A stretch of DNA of 64,000 nt. Origin: Octopus sinensis (lineage: Eukaryota). The translations under genes were made by a program, and so were the position numbers. The stretch is from contig NC_043006.1 in the NCBI RefSeq assembly GCF_006345805.1, positions 93,434,001 through 93,498,000 on the forward strand. Direction: 5' to 3'. The notes below the pieces were generated by a model. That model saw only the letters and a program-made list of their open reading frames with translations. It had not been told where the DNA came from and ran no database searches. Shown in pieces: positions 39,291 through 54,011 of this stretch. Numbering within the stretch: position 1 is the first letter of the stretch; the number at the start of each line of letters is the position of its first letter.

Positions 39291-39939
39291 TTATTTCTAT
39301 CGTATAATATATATACTGTATTTTGCGGCACAGTGGCCGCATCCTAAAATTAACATGGATCATGCAGGTAAATGTAATTGTACGTAAGAGGAATTTTCGG
39401 CTTTTTCCTATTGGACGAACGGCACGTGGAATCTCACAATGGGGTCAGAGTCCACATAGACGGTTAGCCAGTGTAATGGTTAGCCCAAGTAAGTCTTAGG
39501 ACAAACAGCTAAAATATGTGTTAGGACAGTTAACCAAAATAAGGATTAGTGGCATGCTTGGTGGGGGGTCACAGGAATGGTGTGATCTGGATAGTTTATA
39601 TCGCTGTTTGCTGCCGAAATCAGAAAAATTGTACATCAACTGGTTATTCCATCATCCACCCCTGTACACCCTGGAAAATTACTGGGTATGAGCAACTGAA
39701 TTAATATACCTATGCAGCATATTAATTTCCAAGGCGTCGAGTGGCGGCGCCACTTCCTTTCTTTGGGTTTAGTAAGTAATGATGGTCAGTGCATGTTACG
39801 GTAGAAGCAAACTTTGACTGCGGTATTGTGAACCCATTTTACTCATAAGTATTGCCGCCCCCACCAACGTTAATTGTGAATAAAACTGAAATGATTAGTG
39901 CGGAGATTAAGCAGAATATAAGCATAATTACTGGTACGT

Positions 39940-42051
<2,112 letters not shown>

Positions 42052-42446
42052 TGTAAGACTTTTCTCGGGTATATATATATAAGGATCATCGGTCCTTCTC
42101 GAGCCATTGACTTATAAACACGGTTTCCCGAATTCTGTATTGTGTATATATTCCACCTGTGGACGGGACGCAGGTTCGTCGCAGGATTACTCATTTTAAC
42201 TGAATCGATTGGAACAACGTGAAATAAAGTGTTTTCCTCAAAACCAAGACGCATCGCTCGGTCTAGGAATTGAAACTACAGTCTTGCGATCATGAGTGCA
42301 ACGCTTAAAGCACTAAGCCATGCGTCTCCACATACATATATACATACATATACATACACATACATACATACATACATACATACATACATACATTACACTT
42401 ATGTATAATAGATAGATAGTTAGATAGATAGATAGATAGATAGATA

Positions 42447-43127
42447 TGTTTCTTTATTAGCCACACAGGGCTGCACACAGATAGAACAAAACAAGGTAGA
42501 GCTTTTCTTTGAAGGTTTTAAAAAAAAAAAAAAAAAAAAAGGGAAGAGGGAGTTTCGATCAAAAGGGATCGTAAAAGAGAGAGAAAGAGGACATAAAAAA
42601 GGGGGGGTTAAAAAAAAAAAAAAAAGGGGGGGAGAGGAAAAAAATTGATCAATAGGATCGTTATCACAGAAATGTCAATATGAAGTGTAAAGGGGAGGAC
42701 AGGTGAGGTTTACCCGTCGGAAAGAAAAGCCTACGGAAAAGACCACGGTAACCTCGGTCAATGAAGTCACATTTTATATTTCTTTTTTTTTTTTTTTTTT
42801 TTTTTGCAAATAGCAAAACTTATGTTTTCGATTCTGGGTTCATAGGACTAGATTCAAGGTGGCTTGTCATTCATACGTGCCATTCTTGCTACATTCACCC
42901 ATCTTTTTTAAAACATTCGCTAGACAAACTTGCCTCTTACTCTCAACTTTCCTTTCAAGTGGTACTTGAAGAAGTTGATGAGAGATTGACCAGAGAGGAA
43001 AGTGTTTGTCTCCAATCCTTTCAGACGCGTCCACCAGATCATCTTTCGCAATAGCCACAAGGATGATGAAAATAGCTCTTCCTTTCCCGTTTGAAGGAAG
43101 GAGGCGTGACATATTGACGATAGACTC

Positions 43128-43128
<1 letters not shown>
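42447..43128 (-). mobile_element. 3' fragment of a Tx1-like L1 (ORF2 C-terminus plus 3' UTR) inside (GATA)n
   Basis: [46 protein letters not shown]; AATAAA at 42453-42458 on the minus strand; (GATA)n on both sides. Confidence 0.82.
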
Positions 43129-43170
<42 letters not shown>

Positions 43171-43201
43171 CAGAAAGACATTTATAGACAGACAGACAGA
43201 G

Positions 43202-43276
<75 letters not shown>

Positions 43277-43289
43277 CAGACAGTCAGAC

Positions 43290-43369
<80 letters not shown>
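43129..43369. repeat. (GATA)n with (GACA)n interruptions
   Basis: Directly visible. Confidence 0.95.
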
Positions 43370-43673
43370 GGGAAATCCGGTAAACAGTGTAGGTAGTTTT
43401 ACAGAGGAATCGAATAAAACTGGAAATAATTAATTGATAGAATTATATTTTTAAAAGACTGTTTCTTCAAAATTTCGCCAAAGTTATTATTTGAAACTAT
43501 ATTAGTCTGAGAAAAATTAATTTTATATTTATAAACACTTGTGGAACTTATAAGATGAGTTATATGATCTCTAAGTTTGAACATTCAAAAGATTAGGAAT
43601 TAAAACTGCATTAAGAAATCATGCTATGCTTGTATTCAATATGAAATCAGGATTGGTTCACTTGATAGATTGT

Positions 43674-43725
<52 letters not shown>

Positions 43726-44369
43726 GTGTGTGTGTGTGTGCGTGCGTGTGTGTGTGTGTGTTCGTGTGTCGTGTGTGTGTGAAACTTTATTTAGGTAGAT
43801 GACACTCATGATGGAAAAACATACATAGAGAGTCTAACATTCGAACATTAGGACAAAGCAAACAGTAATACTTGTTATATAAATATGTAACGGATGAAAT
43901 TAGATAAAGCTAGAAAAAAATAGAATCTAAAATTAATGTTAAATGATACTACTTAAATGTTTATATACTTAATAAGTTAATGGAAGTAATGTAGTCGTGC
44001 GTAGGTAGAAAACTTAGAATATTTCGGGAAAAGATTTGTGAAAGATGTTCAAAATTGAAACGTCAGCTCAAAGAAACTATATTTTATATAAAATATTGAG
44101 TTTAAGTAATCTAGATTATTTATAATGAAATATTTATTTTAAATGAAAATAATTATGCAATAAATAGTAATAGTAGAAATTTAGAGGAGATATAAACTAA
44201 AATTTGATGAGGTAAAACTTAAGCTACGTAATATGTTTTGAAAACAAATATTTTTCCCTCTTACGTGATTGCAAAACGTAAAATAATAAATAATTTGTTA
44301 GACATATAATGAGTTTTGCAATTACATAAAACTGGGAATATTAAGTAAGACATTAAAGTTTTTTTATTT

Positions 44370-44979
44370 GCTTCAGTCATCAATCTGCGGCCATGCTGTA
44401 GCACCACCTCCAAGAATTTTAGCCGAACGAATCGAGCCCAGTACGAATATTTGTTTCTAAGTCTGATAAATATTCTACCGGTCTCTTTTACCACGAATCC
44501 AGGAATTACTGGAACATAAGCAAAACAACATCGCTTGTTAAGCAAAGGTATGGGAGAAACACAGACACAAAGTCTTTCACACACACATCCACGTATGTAT
44601 GAATGTATGTATGTAGTATGTAGGTATGGATATTGTATGTATGTATGTATATATATATATTAGGTTATATATAATAGGTATATATATATATATATATATA
44701 TAGATATATATATATATATATATAGGATATATATATATATATATAATATATATATAATATATATAGTTATATATATATATAATATATGTATATATATATA
44801 TGTATATATATATATAAAGTAACAAACTGAGGAAATGAAATCCTTCAAAGGGATGTGTTAAACATTCAATTCACTGGTACGTCAGTGAAATAGGGTATAA
44901 TTCCAATAAAGAAAAATTAAATATAATATAAATAAATTATTTGCTTGTCAATAAAATATCTCTATATTTAATTTATCCT

Positions 44980-45034
<55 letters not shown>

Positions 45035-45170
45035 TAAGGTTTCTTTCTGTTTCCGTCTACCAAATCCACTGACAAGCAGAAGACATTTAACCAAAGTGTC
45101 CTGCAGTGGGGTTGAACCAAGAATCATGAGGTTAGGAATTAAGGTTCTCACCCCACAGTCACGCCTTCGC
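44370..45170 (-). mobile_element. Family B SINE halves (3' module 44370-44575; head 45025-45170) separated by microsatellite-rich DNA
   Basis: CTTCAGTCATC..GCGGCCATGCTG..GCACCACC and TTCCGTCTACCAAATCCACT. Confidence 0.7.
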
Positions 45171-45681
45171 TTATCTATATATGATTAAAGTATAAAAGTT
45201 TATAGGTACTGGCCTGCCCGTGTAGTTCACTTTGTAACCAAGTCTTTTCAGGTGCAGTCTTATTTCACCTGTTATACGCGAATACGCTTGAGCGAAACGG
45301 TGAGGAAGCGCCGTGGGCAGTGAAACCAACGTTTCTGCTTTGCTGCTGTTGTTTTTTTTTACTGATGGCAAATATAAGCACCGCTTATACTTGCTTATGC
45401 AAACAAGTCCTTGTACTGAAAGCAAAACTAAAGCGAGATATTTCGTTTATGTTCAGAATCCCGGCTGCTTCAACTGACGAGACACAGCAAGTTGAAACAC
45501 TGGTGTCCCAGAATGCTGTCCGCCAACCGTACGTGACTGTCGAACACACTGCACTAAAGGGCTCATCATATTTGGTATCCAAACCGATCTCGACAATATG
45601 CGTGTCTATTTATCAGTTTCTCTTGCTTTTCCTCCACCTTCCTCTCTCATACTCTTTATGTGTGTGCGTGTATGCATATAT

Positions 45682-46064
45682 TATCGCCCGGCTTTGCTCG
45701 GGTTTGTAAAGGAAATAACTATATAAGCATTATTAGAGAGTTATAGCCAAAAAATAGCAAAAGAATGCATTAAAAATGGAAAAAAATTATGGTAAATTAT
45801 TTTTTAAATCGTTGACTCATCGTAGACATTTTTAGAGAGTTACTTCCCTTAACAGCGAAAACAATGCATTAAAATGGGAAAGAAATGATGGTAATTTTTT
45901 TTTTTAAATCGTAGACTCATCGTAGACGCGCGCTAATACCCAGAAGAGCTCGATATGAATTACGACTATAAGATACCCGGTTTTGGCTAAACTGCACTGC
46001 AAAATGTGGGAGTAGTTAGGAATCTAAATCGTAGGAGACAGACACACAACTGACTTTATATTAT

Positions 46065-46068
<4 letters not shown>
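45682..46068 (-). mobile_element. Non-autonomous Helitron with an internal tandem duplication
   Basis: TATCGCCCGGCTTTGCTCGGGTTTG is the reverse complement of the 3' end at 51530-51557; ~115-bp internal repeat within ~45730-45925. Confidence 0.7.
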
Positions 46069-46099
<31 letters not shown>

Positions 46100-46200
46100 G
46101 AGAGAGAGAGACGCCACGTAAAAGCCTTTTTTATTTTCCGAATGTCAAACTAATGCACCTATTATTATTCATACACCTGTCTGCGTCAAATATAACATGC

Positions 46201-46264
<64 letters not shown>

Positions 46265-46345
46265 ATATTATATATATACTATAGAGTAATATATTTTATA
46301 GATATATATATAGATATATATATTATATATATATATATATATATA

Positions 46346-46390
<45 letters not shown>

Positions 46391-47484
46391 GGATACTTAG
46401 ACAGGTGTTATAGATGTGTATTTAAACATACATTTGTACGTTTATATAAACATCCATATCCTCGTATGTTTATATAGATAGCGCGACAGAAAGAAAGAGA
46501 CGGAGAGGAAGAATAAAAGAGAGTTAGAGTTGAAGATGTTACGTTTGAGCACATACGTATGCATGTGTGTGTGCATGTGTGTGTATATGTTTATTTGTTT
46601 GTTTGTTTGTTTGTTTGTGTATGTAACTCTTCGGTTATTACTAGTCTACCTCGAGTTTTCAAAGTGCAAAACCATGCTAAATATAATTTAAATACTTACA
46701 TTGAAAACTTCAATACGGAACTGAGATACTTATAAACAACATTTCAAAAGTTTGATAAGATTTTTGTATAGATACGAGTTTCCTTTTCCACTTCAACACT
46801 TTTTTTATATTTCTTTAAATAATTTCTTGTACGTCCGTTGCATGTCTACAAATATGATAGAATCTTGTCTGATAAAGAGTTCCATATATTTGGCCGTATG
46901 TGTAGGCATGCATTCTATATATGTTTCTCTCCTCACACATACACACATTATTATTATTGTTGTTGTTGTTGTTGTTGTTGTTGTCGTTGTTGTTGTTTAA
47001 ATTTCGAAAACGGGTGAATTGAATGATTGCCAAATATATATATTTATAACCATGCAACGAGACAATTATTCTTTGAAGAATTTACCTTAATTATAATTTT
47101 TATTATTAGTATCGTTATTATTTCTTCTTGTTGTTGATGTTGTTGTTGTTGTTGTTATTTGCGTGTGTGTGAATGTGTTACTTTTTCATGTGAGTATTTA
47201 TAATTGCATTACAGTATACGTGCGCTCGCGTGTATGTGTGTATTGACGTGTGATTGTTTGCATGTGTACCTGTCTAAATGTGTTTCCTATATTTATACGA
47301 GTGTAGGAACAGTATGCTAAGAAGCCCAGGTGTACACATATGTATGTATACGCACTGTATGCTTTATATATACATATATATTATATATAATATATATATA
47401 TATATATATATTCTTTTAAGTTTCAGCTCAGAGCAATGCTGATGTACCACCGTATATATGTATGTATATATATATATAGTATTA

Positions 47485-47553
<69 letters not shown>

Positions 47554-47672
47554 GTACGAATACGTATAATCGATGAGTTTGTTTAAATGTTGAGTAGACC
47601 CAGACTGATGGGTAGAAACATGCTGTACCTATACAAAATCCATCTCGTGCTATTAATTAATACTATACACAT

Positions 47673-47705
<33 letters not shown>

Positions 47706-47829
47706 TATATATATACATATATATATATATGATATATATTTATAAATGCATACACATGTACATATATGTATGTATACGCGCGCAAAATACACACACACAT
47801 ATATGATAGTTAATGTTTGTTTTATACTC

Positions 47830-48190
47830 AGTTATAAAAAAAACAATTTTAATCTTATCGATTACTCCTATACTTCTGTAGAATACAAATTTATCATTCT
47901 GAAACACGGGAACGCACCTAAACCTACAAAGTTGCTTACAAAGTTCTACACACAACAAAAAATTCTAAACAGTAACATAAGCCCAAATTTAATCACTAAA
48001 AATTTCTTCAAAACACCTCTCCATATACAACCTGCCCTAAAACTAAATAGCCACTCCATTCAAACCGACATACCGAAGGAAGCCATGAATTCAACAGATC
48101 AGGCCAAGATCAACTTCAATTCATTGCAGTCAGGCGTTGGCTTAACTAGCGAAACTTCGAAGTCACAGTCAATACTATTCATGTTTACGA
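47830..48190 (+). mobile_element. Possible PLE 3' relic with a degenerate hammerhead
   Basis: Open frame KFIILKHG..KFYTQQK..; CCGAAGG-AAGCCA..TGGCTT..GAAACTTCGAAGTC; the same GAAACTTCGAAGTCAC.GTCAATA motif occurs on the minus strand at ~5790-5815. Confidence 0.4.
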
Positions 48191-48332
48191 ATTATATATC
48201 TGTGTGTGTGTTTATGTGTGTGTATCGATGGTTGATATTATAGCTGAGTGGAATATAATTTGACCAGGAAGAGAATAAGGAACGAAGTGACCAATTTATA
48301 AATCACCGAGAAATAAAGCGATTTCAAGAGGT

Positions 48333-48588
48333 ACTAGTACTTTCATGCGTTACGCAATCACCAGATTTATGTAGTAGTAGTAGTAGTAGTAGTAGTGGCA
48401 GCCGTGTTCCATAATCGACAACTGTGGAACACGACTGTCACTATTACTACTACTACTACTACTGCTACTACTACTACTACTACTACTATTACTACTACTA
48501 CTACTGCTACTACTACTAACTACTACTACTATTACTACTACTACTACTACATAAACCTGATCATTGCGTAACGCATGAAAATACTAGT
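48333..48588. repeat. Fold-back element with (GTA)n in the left arm and (TAC)n in the right arm
   Basis: Outer ~26-bp inverted repeat with 1 mismatch; inner 17-bp inverted repeat with 2 mismatches; 13-nt loop. Confidence 0.88.
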
Positions 48589-48699
48589 TTTATCAAAATA
48601 AATAAATAAATATATAATAACCTAACATTATTTTATTATAAAATTGTGAAAATTTTAAATAATAAAACGTGAAAATCAGACAATGTTAATATATAGAGA

Positions 48700-48860
48700 G
48701 AACTCATGGGTTTCTTTCAGTTTTCATCTACCAAATCCATTCACATCGACTCAAGTTTATAGTAGAGGACTCTTTCCCAAGGTGCCACGCAATGGGACTG
48801 AACCCGGAACCATGATGTTGAGAAGCAAGCTTCTTACCACACAGCCACGATTTCGCCTGG
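48700..48860 (-). mobile_element. Family B SINE head half
   Basis: CAAGGTGCCACGCAATGGGACTGAACCCGGAACCATG..TTACCACACAGCCAC. Confidence 0.85.
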
Positions 48861-49407
48861 AAATAAAATTAAAATATCCTTTATTCTTTCTAAGAGTTCA
48901 TATATTTGTTCCGCATTATGTTACAGACAACCCTTTCTCAGTTCTACAATAATGAATGTATAGGACCAGCGGTTGTTCATTTGGAAATTTATGACCAATG
49001 ATATTATAATACTGAAGAATATTGATACAAAAAGGAAAAATCTCTTTCCTTAAATAAACATATTTAGATTGCTATTCAACCTTATTATCTACACAGATTC
49101 TAAGTAGTAAGGTAAAACTAAAGACACTACTTTGCACTTGAAATAGGACAACACATTGCTAACGGCCATTAATTATCATGAAATGATTTTATTTCATTGG
49201 TAATTTTATTTACTTTTTCTTTCTTTAATATTTCTTATTATTTACATAAAATATCATTTCCTTTCTCTAAGTTATTTTATTCCGTTTACAAGCTACCGCA
49301 TATAATCTCTCTTTCTTATCCTGTTCCACGCACACCTTTCTATTTTCACATCTCCCCACATATATACACAAATGGCACGCACTTTTAAAATGAATGTACC
49401 TATACAA

Positions 49408-49448
<41 letters not shown>

Positions 49449-49865
49449 TGTGTGTGTGTATAAACATGTATGTTTCTGTGAGTGTTTGTGTGAAAAAGGA
49501 TAAACCGAAATTAACAAGGAAGAGAAGATTAAAATAAATGTATTTTGTTGACGTTCCATTAAATAAAAACAACGTTAATATTTCGGACATAATTTCTTCA
49601 TCGGTAATAGAGAACGAAAGAAAGGAACAAAATGAAAGATGTAAATGAAAGAGACAAAACATGTTGTAGAATCATTTAATTTAGACACAAATGCACGTAC
49701 ACGCACTCACACATACATACATGCATACATATATGTAAACATAAATATATATATATATGTATTTAAATATATATGTATATATGTATTTATATTTATATAT
49801 AATATATATATGATATATGTATGTATGTATATATATATATATATATAATATTATATATATATATA

Positions 49866-49904
<39 letters not shown>

Positions 49905-50277
49905 CATAGACAGTTGGTTAGATAGGTACATAGTAATATAGATAGGTAGATGGAGTGGTGTTTCTCTTCACATAGTGGCGAATATCTGGAATCTAATTTT
50001 CTCACTGAGAGTAATATAAAATAAAGTTACATAGTTACAAATATCGAACCTAATTATAGTTTCTTAAAATTTTATGTCGCTTCTATAAAATAATTAAATG
50101 AAAACTAATTTTCAAAACATTACTATTAAATTATGACTTCTTTAAATATTTGCAATGAATATACGTTGTGAAGAAAACCGTACTTTTTATCCATCAATTT
50201 GTTAGACTTAACTTTGCTTGATGCTGTTCGTTGTGGTAAACGAGTACTGTAAACGCTACTTGTTACATGACAAGAGT

Positions 50278-50445
50278 GGGGGCGAAATGGCCCAGTGGTT
50301 AGGGCAGCGGACTCGCGGTCGCACAATCGCGGTTACGATTCCCAGATCGGGTGTTGTGAGTGTTTATTGATCGAAAACGCCTAAAACTCCACGTGGCTCC
50401 GGCAGTGGGGTTGGTGAACCCTGCTGTATTCTTTCACAACCTTGC
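50278..50445 (+). mobile_element. tRNA-SINE, family D, 5' part
   Basis: GGCGAAATGGCCCAGTGGTTAGGGCAGCGGACTCGCGG..GATTCCCAGATCGGG. Confidence 0.85.
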
Positions 50446-50789
50446 AATAAAATCGAGATTATATCCGTTTGCTCAAACATCATTTTAAAATTATACAGAA
50501 GTGTGAGTATATATTTGTGAGTGTGTTATATACGTGGGAATGAGATAAAATTAATAAATATATAATGTCTGTGTGCGCGTGTACGAGTATGTACGTGTGT
50601 GTTCTCTGTCACCGCCGTCTGTCATTTCTTTGCCTTCCCTGTACCATGTGTTTAATAACTTCTTGCTTTTTTTCCTTTTTGCTTTTACGTTGTTGTATCT
50701 TCGCCCTGGATTGCTGGAGAAATGATGACTATTTATTTTATAAATCCATTATTGAAACGTATACAACATTGATTAGAATAATCACTTAT

Positions 50790-50950
50790 TAATATTGGCT
50801 TCAAATTTCGGCACAAGGCCAGCAATTTCTTGTAAGGGTACTCAACTGGTACATATATTTTCGACCCTGAAAGGATGAAAGGCAATCTCCGCGGAATTTG
50901 AATTCAGAAAGTAAAGGCGGACGAAATGCCGCTATGAATTTCGTCCGGCT
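50790..50950 (-). mobile_element. Family A SINE, internally deleted
   Basis: GACCCTGAAAGGATGAAAGGC..GCGGAATTTGAATTCAGAA. Confidence 0.8.
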
Positions 50951-51194
50951 TTCCCTTACATATATAAAAATCTGAACTAATCAACATCTTTTCCAAGCTG
51001 AGTTTTTTTTTTATAAGTTACGCTTAACAATTATGGTCTTAATCGTTCTACATCTTCATCTCTGCTCAATGACCGTTATAACCTACTAAGCTGTGACATG
51101 AAATCATACGCGTAATAACAGGAATTTTCTTCACAGACATTTGTTTATGAGTGTAGAGAGGCAAAGGATGTTCTAACTCGCTGGTGATGTTTCA

Positions 51195-51563
51195 TCTCTA
51201 GATATATAAAGCTAAAGTTGTCTGTGTATGGCAGGTTTGGTATAGTGTATGGCAGGTTTGGCGCAAGTTGACCAAAATTGAGAGTATGATAGTGGAAAAA
51301 ATTCAAATCGTAGGAGAAAAAATTCAAATGGGACCATGTTAACACCAAAAATTATTGACATCAAAAAGGTGCCTTTTTTCTATGAAAATCCCTCTTTTTT
51401 ACGATTTTTTGACTGCTGTGTCACCATTTTTCGGTGTATTTCATCCAGACAAATGTTCACTTAAAGAGAATAACAAGCTACATAATGCAAATTTTTTACT
51501 TTTCAAAATTTCCAATTCTAAAGGGTCGAAACAAACCCGAGCAACGCCGGGCGATACTGCTAG
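51195..51563 (+). mobile_element. Non-autonomous Helitron (~370 bp)
   Basis: A|TC 5' end; subterminal CCCG-AGCAACGC-CGGG hairpin; CTAG|T 3' end; no target-site duplication. Confidence 0.8.
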
Positions 51564-51599
51564 TATACTTTAAAAGATATCTTTAATGATATGACAGAC

Positions 51600-51872
51600 T
51601 CACCCATCGAAGACGATGCATGAGCGTTCTGCTTGCCGAACGACCTGCACAAATGATTTGTTTATAGAGATCAAATGTTAGTGCCGTCGCACATTAGCTC
51701 ATTCTCTCCATCAAATTAACGTTGTCCGAAAAGGTGTCACGCGTCAAGTATCGAAGGGATTATGGAGTAATGCGAGATGAAGTGCTTTGCCGAAGCACAC
51801 AACACACCAACCGGTCTAGGAAATAAAACCACGGTCTCACAATCGTGAGTGTAGCACCCTAAACACTAGGCT
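51600..51872 (-). mobile_element. tRNA-SINE, family C-like head with a different body
   Basis: GATGAAGTGCTTTGCCGAAGCACACAACACACC..CCGGTCTAGGAAAT..CCCTAAACACTAGGCTA. Confidence 0.65.
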
Positions 51873-51984
51873 ATTCTCCCCTTTTAATATGTGTGTGTGT
51901 GTATGTATACAAAGTTATTTTATTCTACACGGGTAGAAATATAAGAAAAATAGAAACTGAAAATGCACCAAGAATAGTTAAAAT

Positions 51985-52880
51985 ATATTTTATTAATATA
52001 TTTAAAGCTTTCACCGGTTTCACAGTTTAAACTGATTTTCAAAAAGTTCATATAGAAAGACGTGGCTTATGTCGCAGCTGTCATGCTTCTGACTAGTGTT
52101 TGAAGCTTACCCTATTTTGATAGGGTCATCATGGTTCAAATGAGTATATGTTTTGAATAGGGTTTGAATGGTAAAGGTTAGTCACATGACTGATCTTAGA
52201 AATTTTTATAGGTTCTCCGCAACGTCTGCGTATTAGTATCTAGTGACAATGTTTGGTGTCGTAATTTAAGGCTGACACGGTTGACTGCAGGTGTCCAAAC
52301 AATCAATGCTCTGAATGTTTTCTGTAAAGTGTTTGTAGCGAATAAACACATGATTTTGTACGTTTCCCGCTACGTCCGTGCATTATTGTCACGTGAGAAT
52401 ATATTCTGCGCCTAAAAAGGAGGCCGATACGGATGATCGAACATGCTTAGTTATAATCAAGGTACTCCCAATTTAGTCTGTCTGGTGGGAGAGTAAACAG
52501 GAGTCCCTTAAATGTAGACCAATAGCTAAAATTTTATGTCGTTAACTGTGTAGCTTCCTCATGATGTGGCAGTGTGAATTTGGTAGAACGAATTTTGTCT
52601 TAACAGCCATTTGTGTATGTACTCTGTTAAAGTGTGTTAAGTCTCGGTTTGCATTTCTGTATGAAGATATTTTCTTTGTTTATCCGTGCTTCATCTGTGG
52701 TAGTCGCTGAACATAGGTAGAGTGGGAAAACCTGGAATTGGGAGGCCTTATTTTTTACACAAAATATCTATGTGATCACAAAGTGGAATCTGTCAAGTAC
52801 TGGGGTCTCGTATTTGTTGTCAGTGAATGGTCAGTTTATTTCTTAGAGTAAGCTTTGTTTGACCTATATATTTTTTTCGA
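51985..52880 (-). mobile_element. 3' fragment of a Penelope-like element (Neptune-like GIY-YIG endonuclease, 3' UTR, hammerhead relic)
   Basis: KKYIGQTKLTLRNKLTIH*QQIRDPST*QIPLCDH..FQVFPLY..RINKENIFIQKCKPRLNTL* (52627-52877); hammerhead relic at 52008-52046. Confidence 0.85.
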
Positions 52881-53229
52881 TCTCGAAAGAATAAGAAGAA
52901 ATAGAGAAAGAATGAAAAAAGGTGGCGATATATATAATTGATTCATTAATGAGTTTAATAAAACACAAAACTACCATAATTTCCGTGATCCAATATTTGG
53001 TAGGCGGAAACTAAAAGAAGCCCGTCGTGTGTGTATGTGCATGTGTTCCCTCTTTTCTTTCAGGCTAGTACAAACCACGCTATACACGTTCGTTTGATTA
53101 TTGTATTATTGGAGCATGGAACTTAGGGCAGCTCGCATTTAAATCCTATTTGTTAAATGATATCTATTTCTTGGAAGATGGAGTGTTTTTGTTAATCCTA
53201 CCAATAATAGAACACTGCACTAGTCTATG

Positions 53230-53333
<104 letters not shown>

Positions 53334-53700
53334 ATACACATGCATGTGTGGGTACAGGACGTCACCAACAGTAAAGAACATGAAATACGAAAACAAATAA
53401 GTTCAATGCGCAAATAACGAGAGAAACAAATAGAAAACAGGACAAGTCACACAAAGAATGACCCTTCATCAGTTTTCGGCTCTCTATCTACTCCTCACTC
53501 CGAGCACTGAACGACAATATGAGTCTTCGAAGACAGTTGCTCCTATAAGTACCAAAATAAAATTTGGGATTTATGGAGGGTAAAATTCAGAACGAAAACA
53601 GAACAATGGAAATATAGAAGGAAACCGAGTCATTAGTCCCAAACAAGGGTAAAATAGCAAACGCTGGAGAAATATTTTCTTTGAAGAGAGAAAAGATAGA

Positions 53701-53772
<72 letters not shown>

Positions 53773-53953
53773 GTTCGTGTTCAATCCGAAAAAATGCAAT
53801 ATTTGTGAGGTGAAATAAATATGCAATAGTAACTGATATGAGCAATAAATCATGGGTGATGCGATGAAATATATATGTGTGTGCGTATGTGAAGGATTGT
53901 GCATACGTATATGTGGGCTGTGTTTTTTTGAGTGCATATATTTATATATTATA

Positions 53954-54011
<58 letters not shown>

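Noticed and set aside
45252-45299. Candidate 48-nt exon (CAG|GTGCAG..AAACG|GTGAGG)
   Set aside because: The peptide is unrecognisable and cannot be linked to a gene.
53455-53545. CTGATGA on the minus strand as a hammerhead
   Set aside because: No GAAA follows a stem II; at most a PLE-like repeat fragment.
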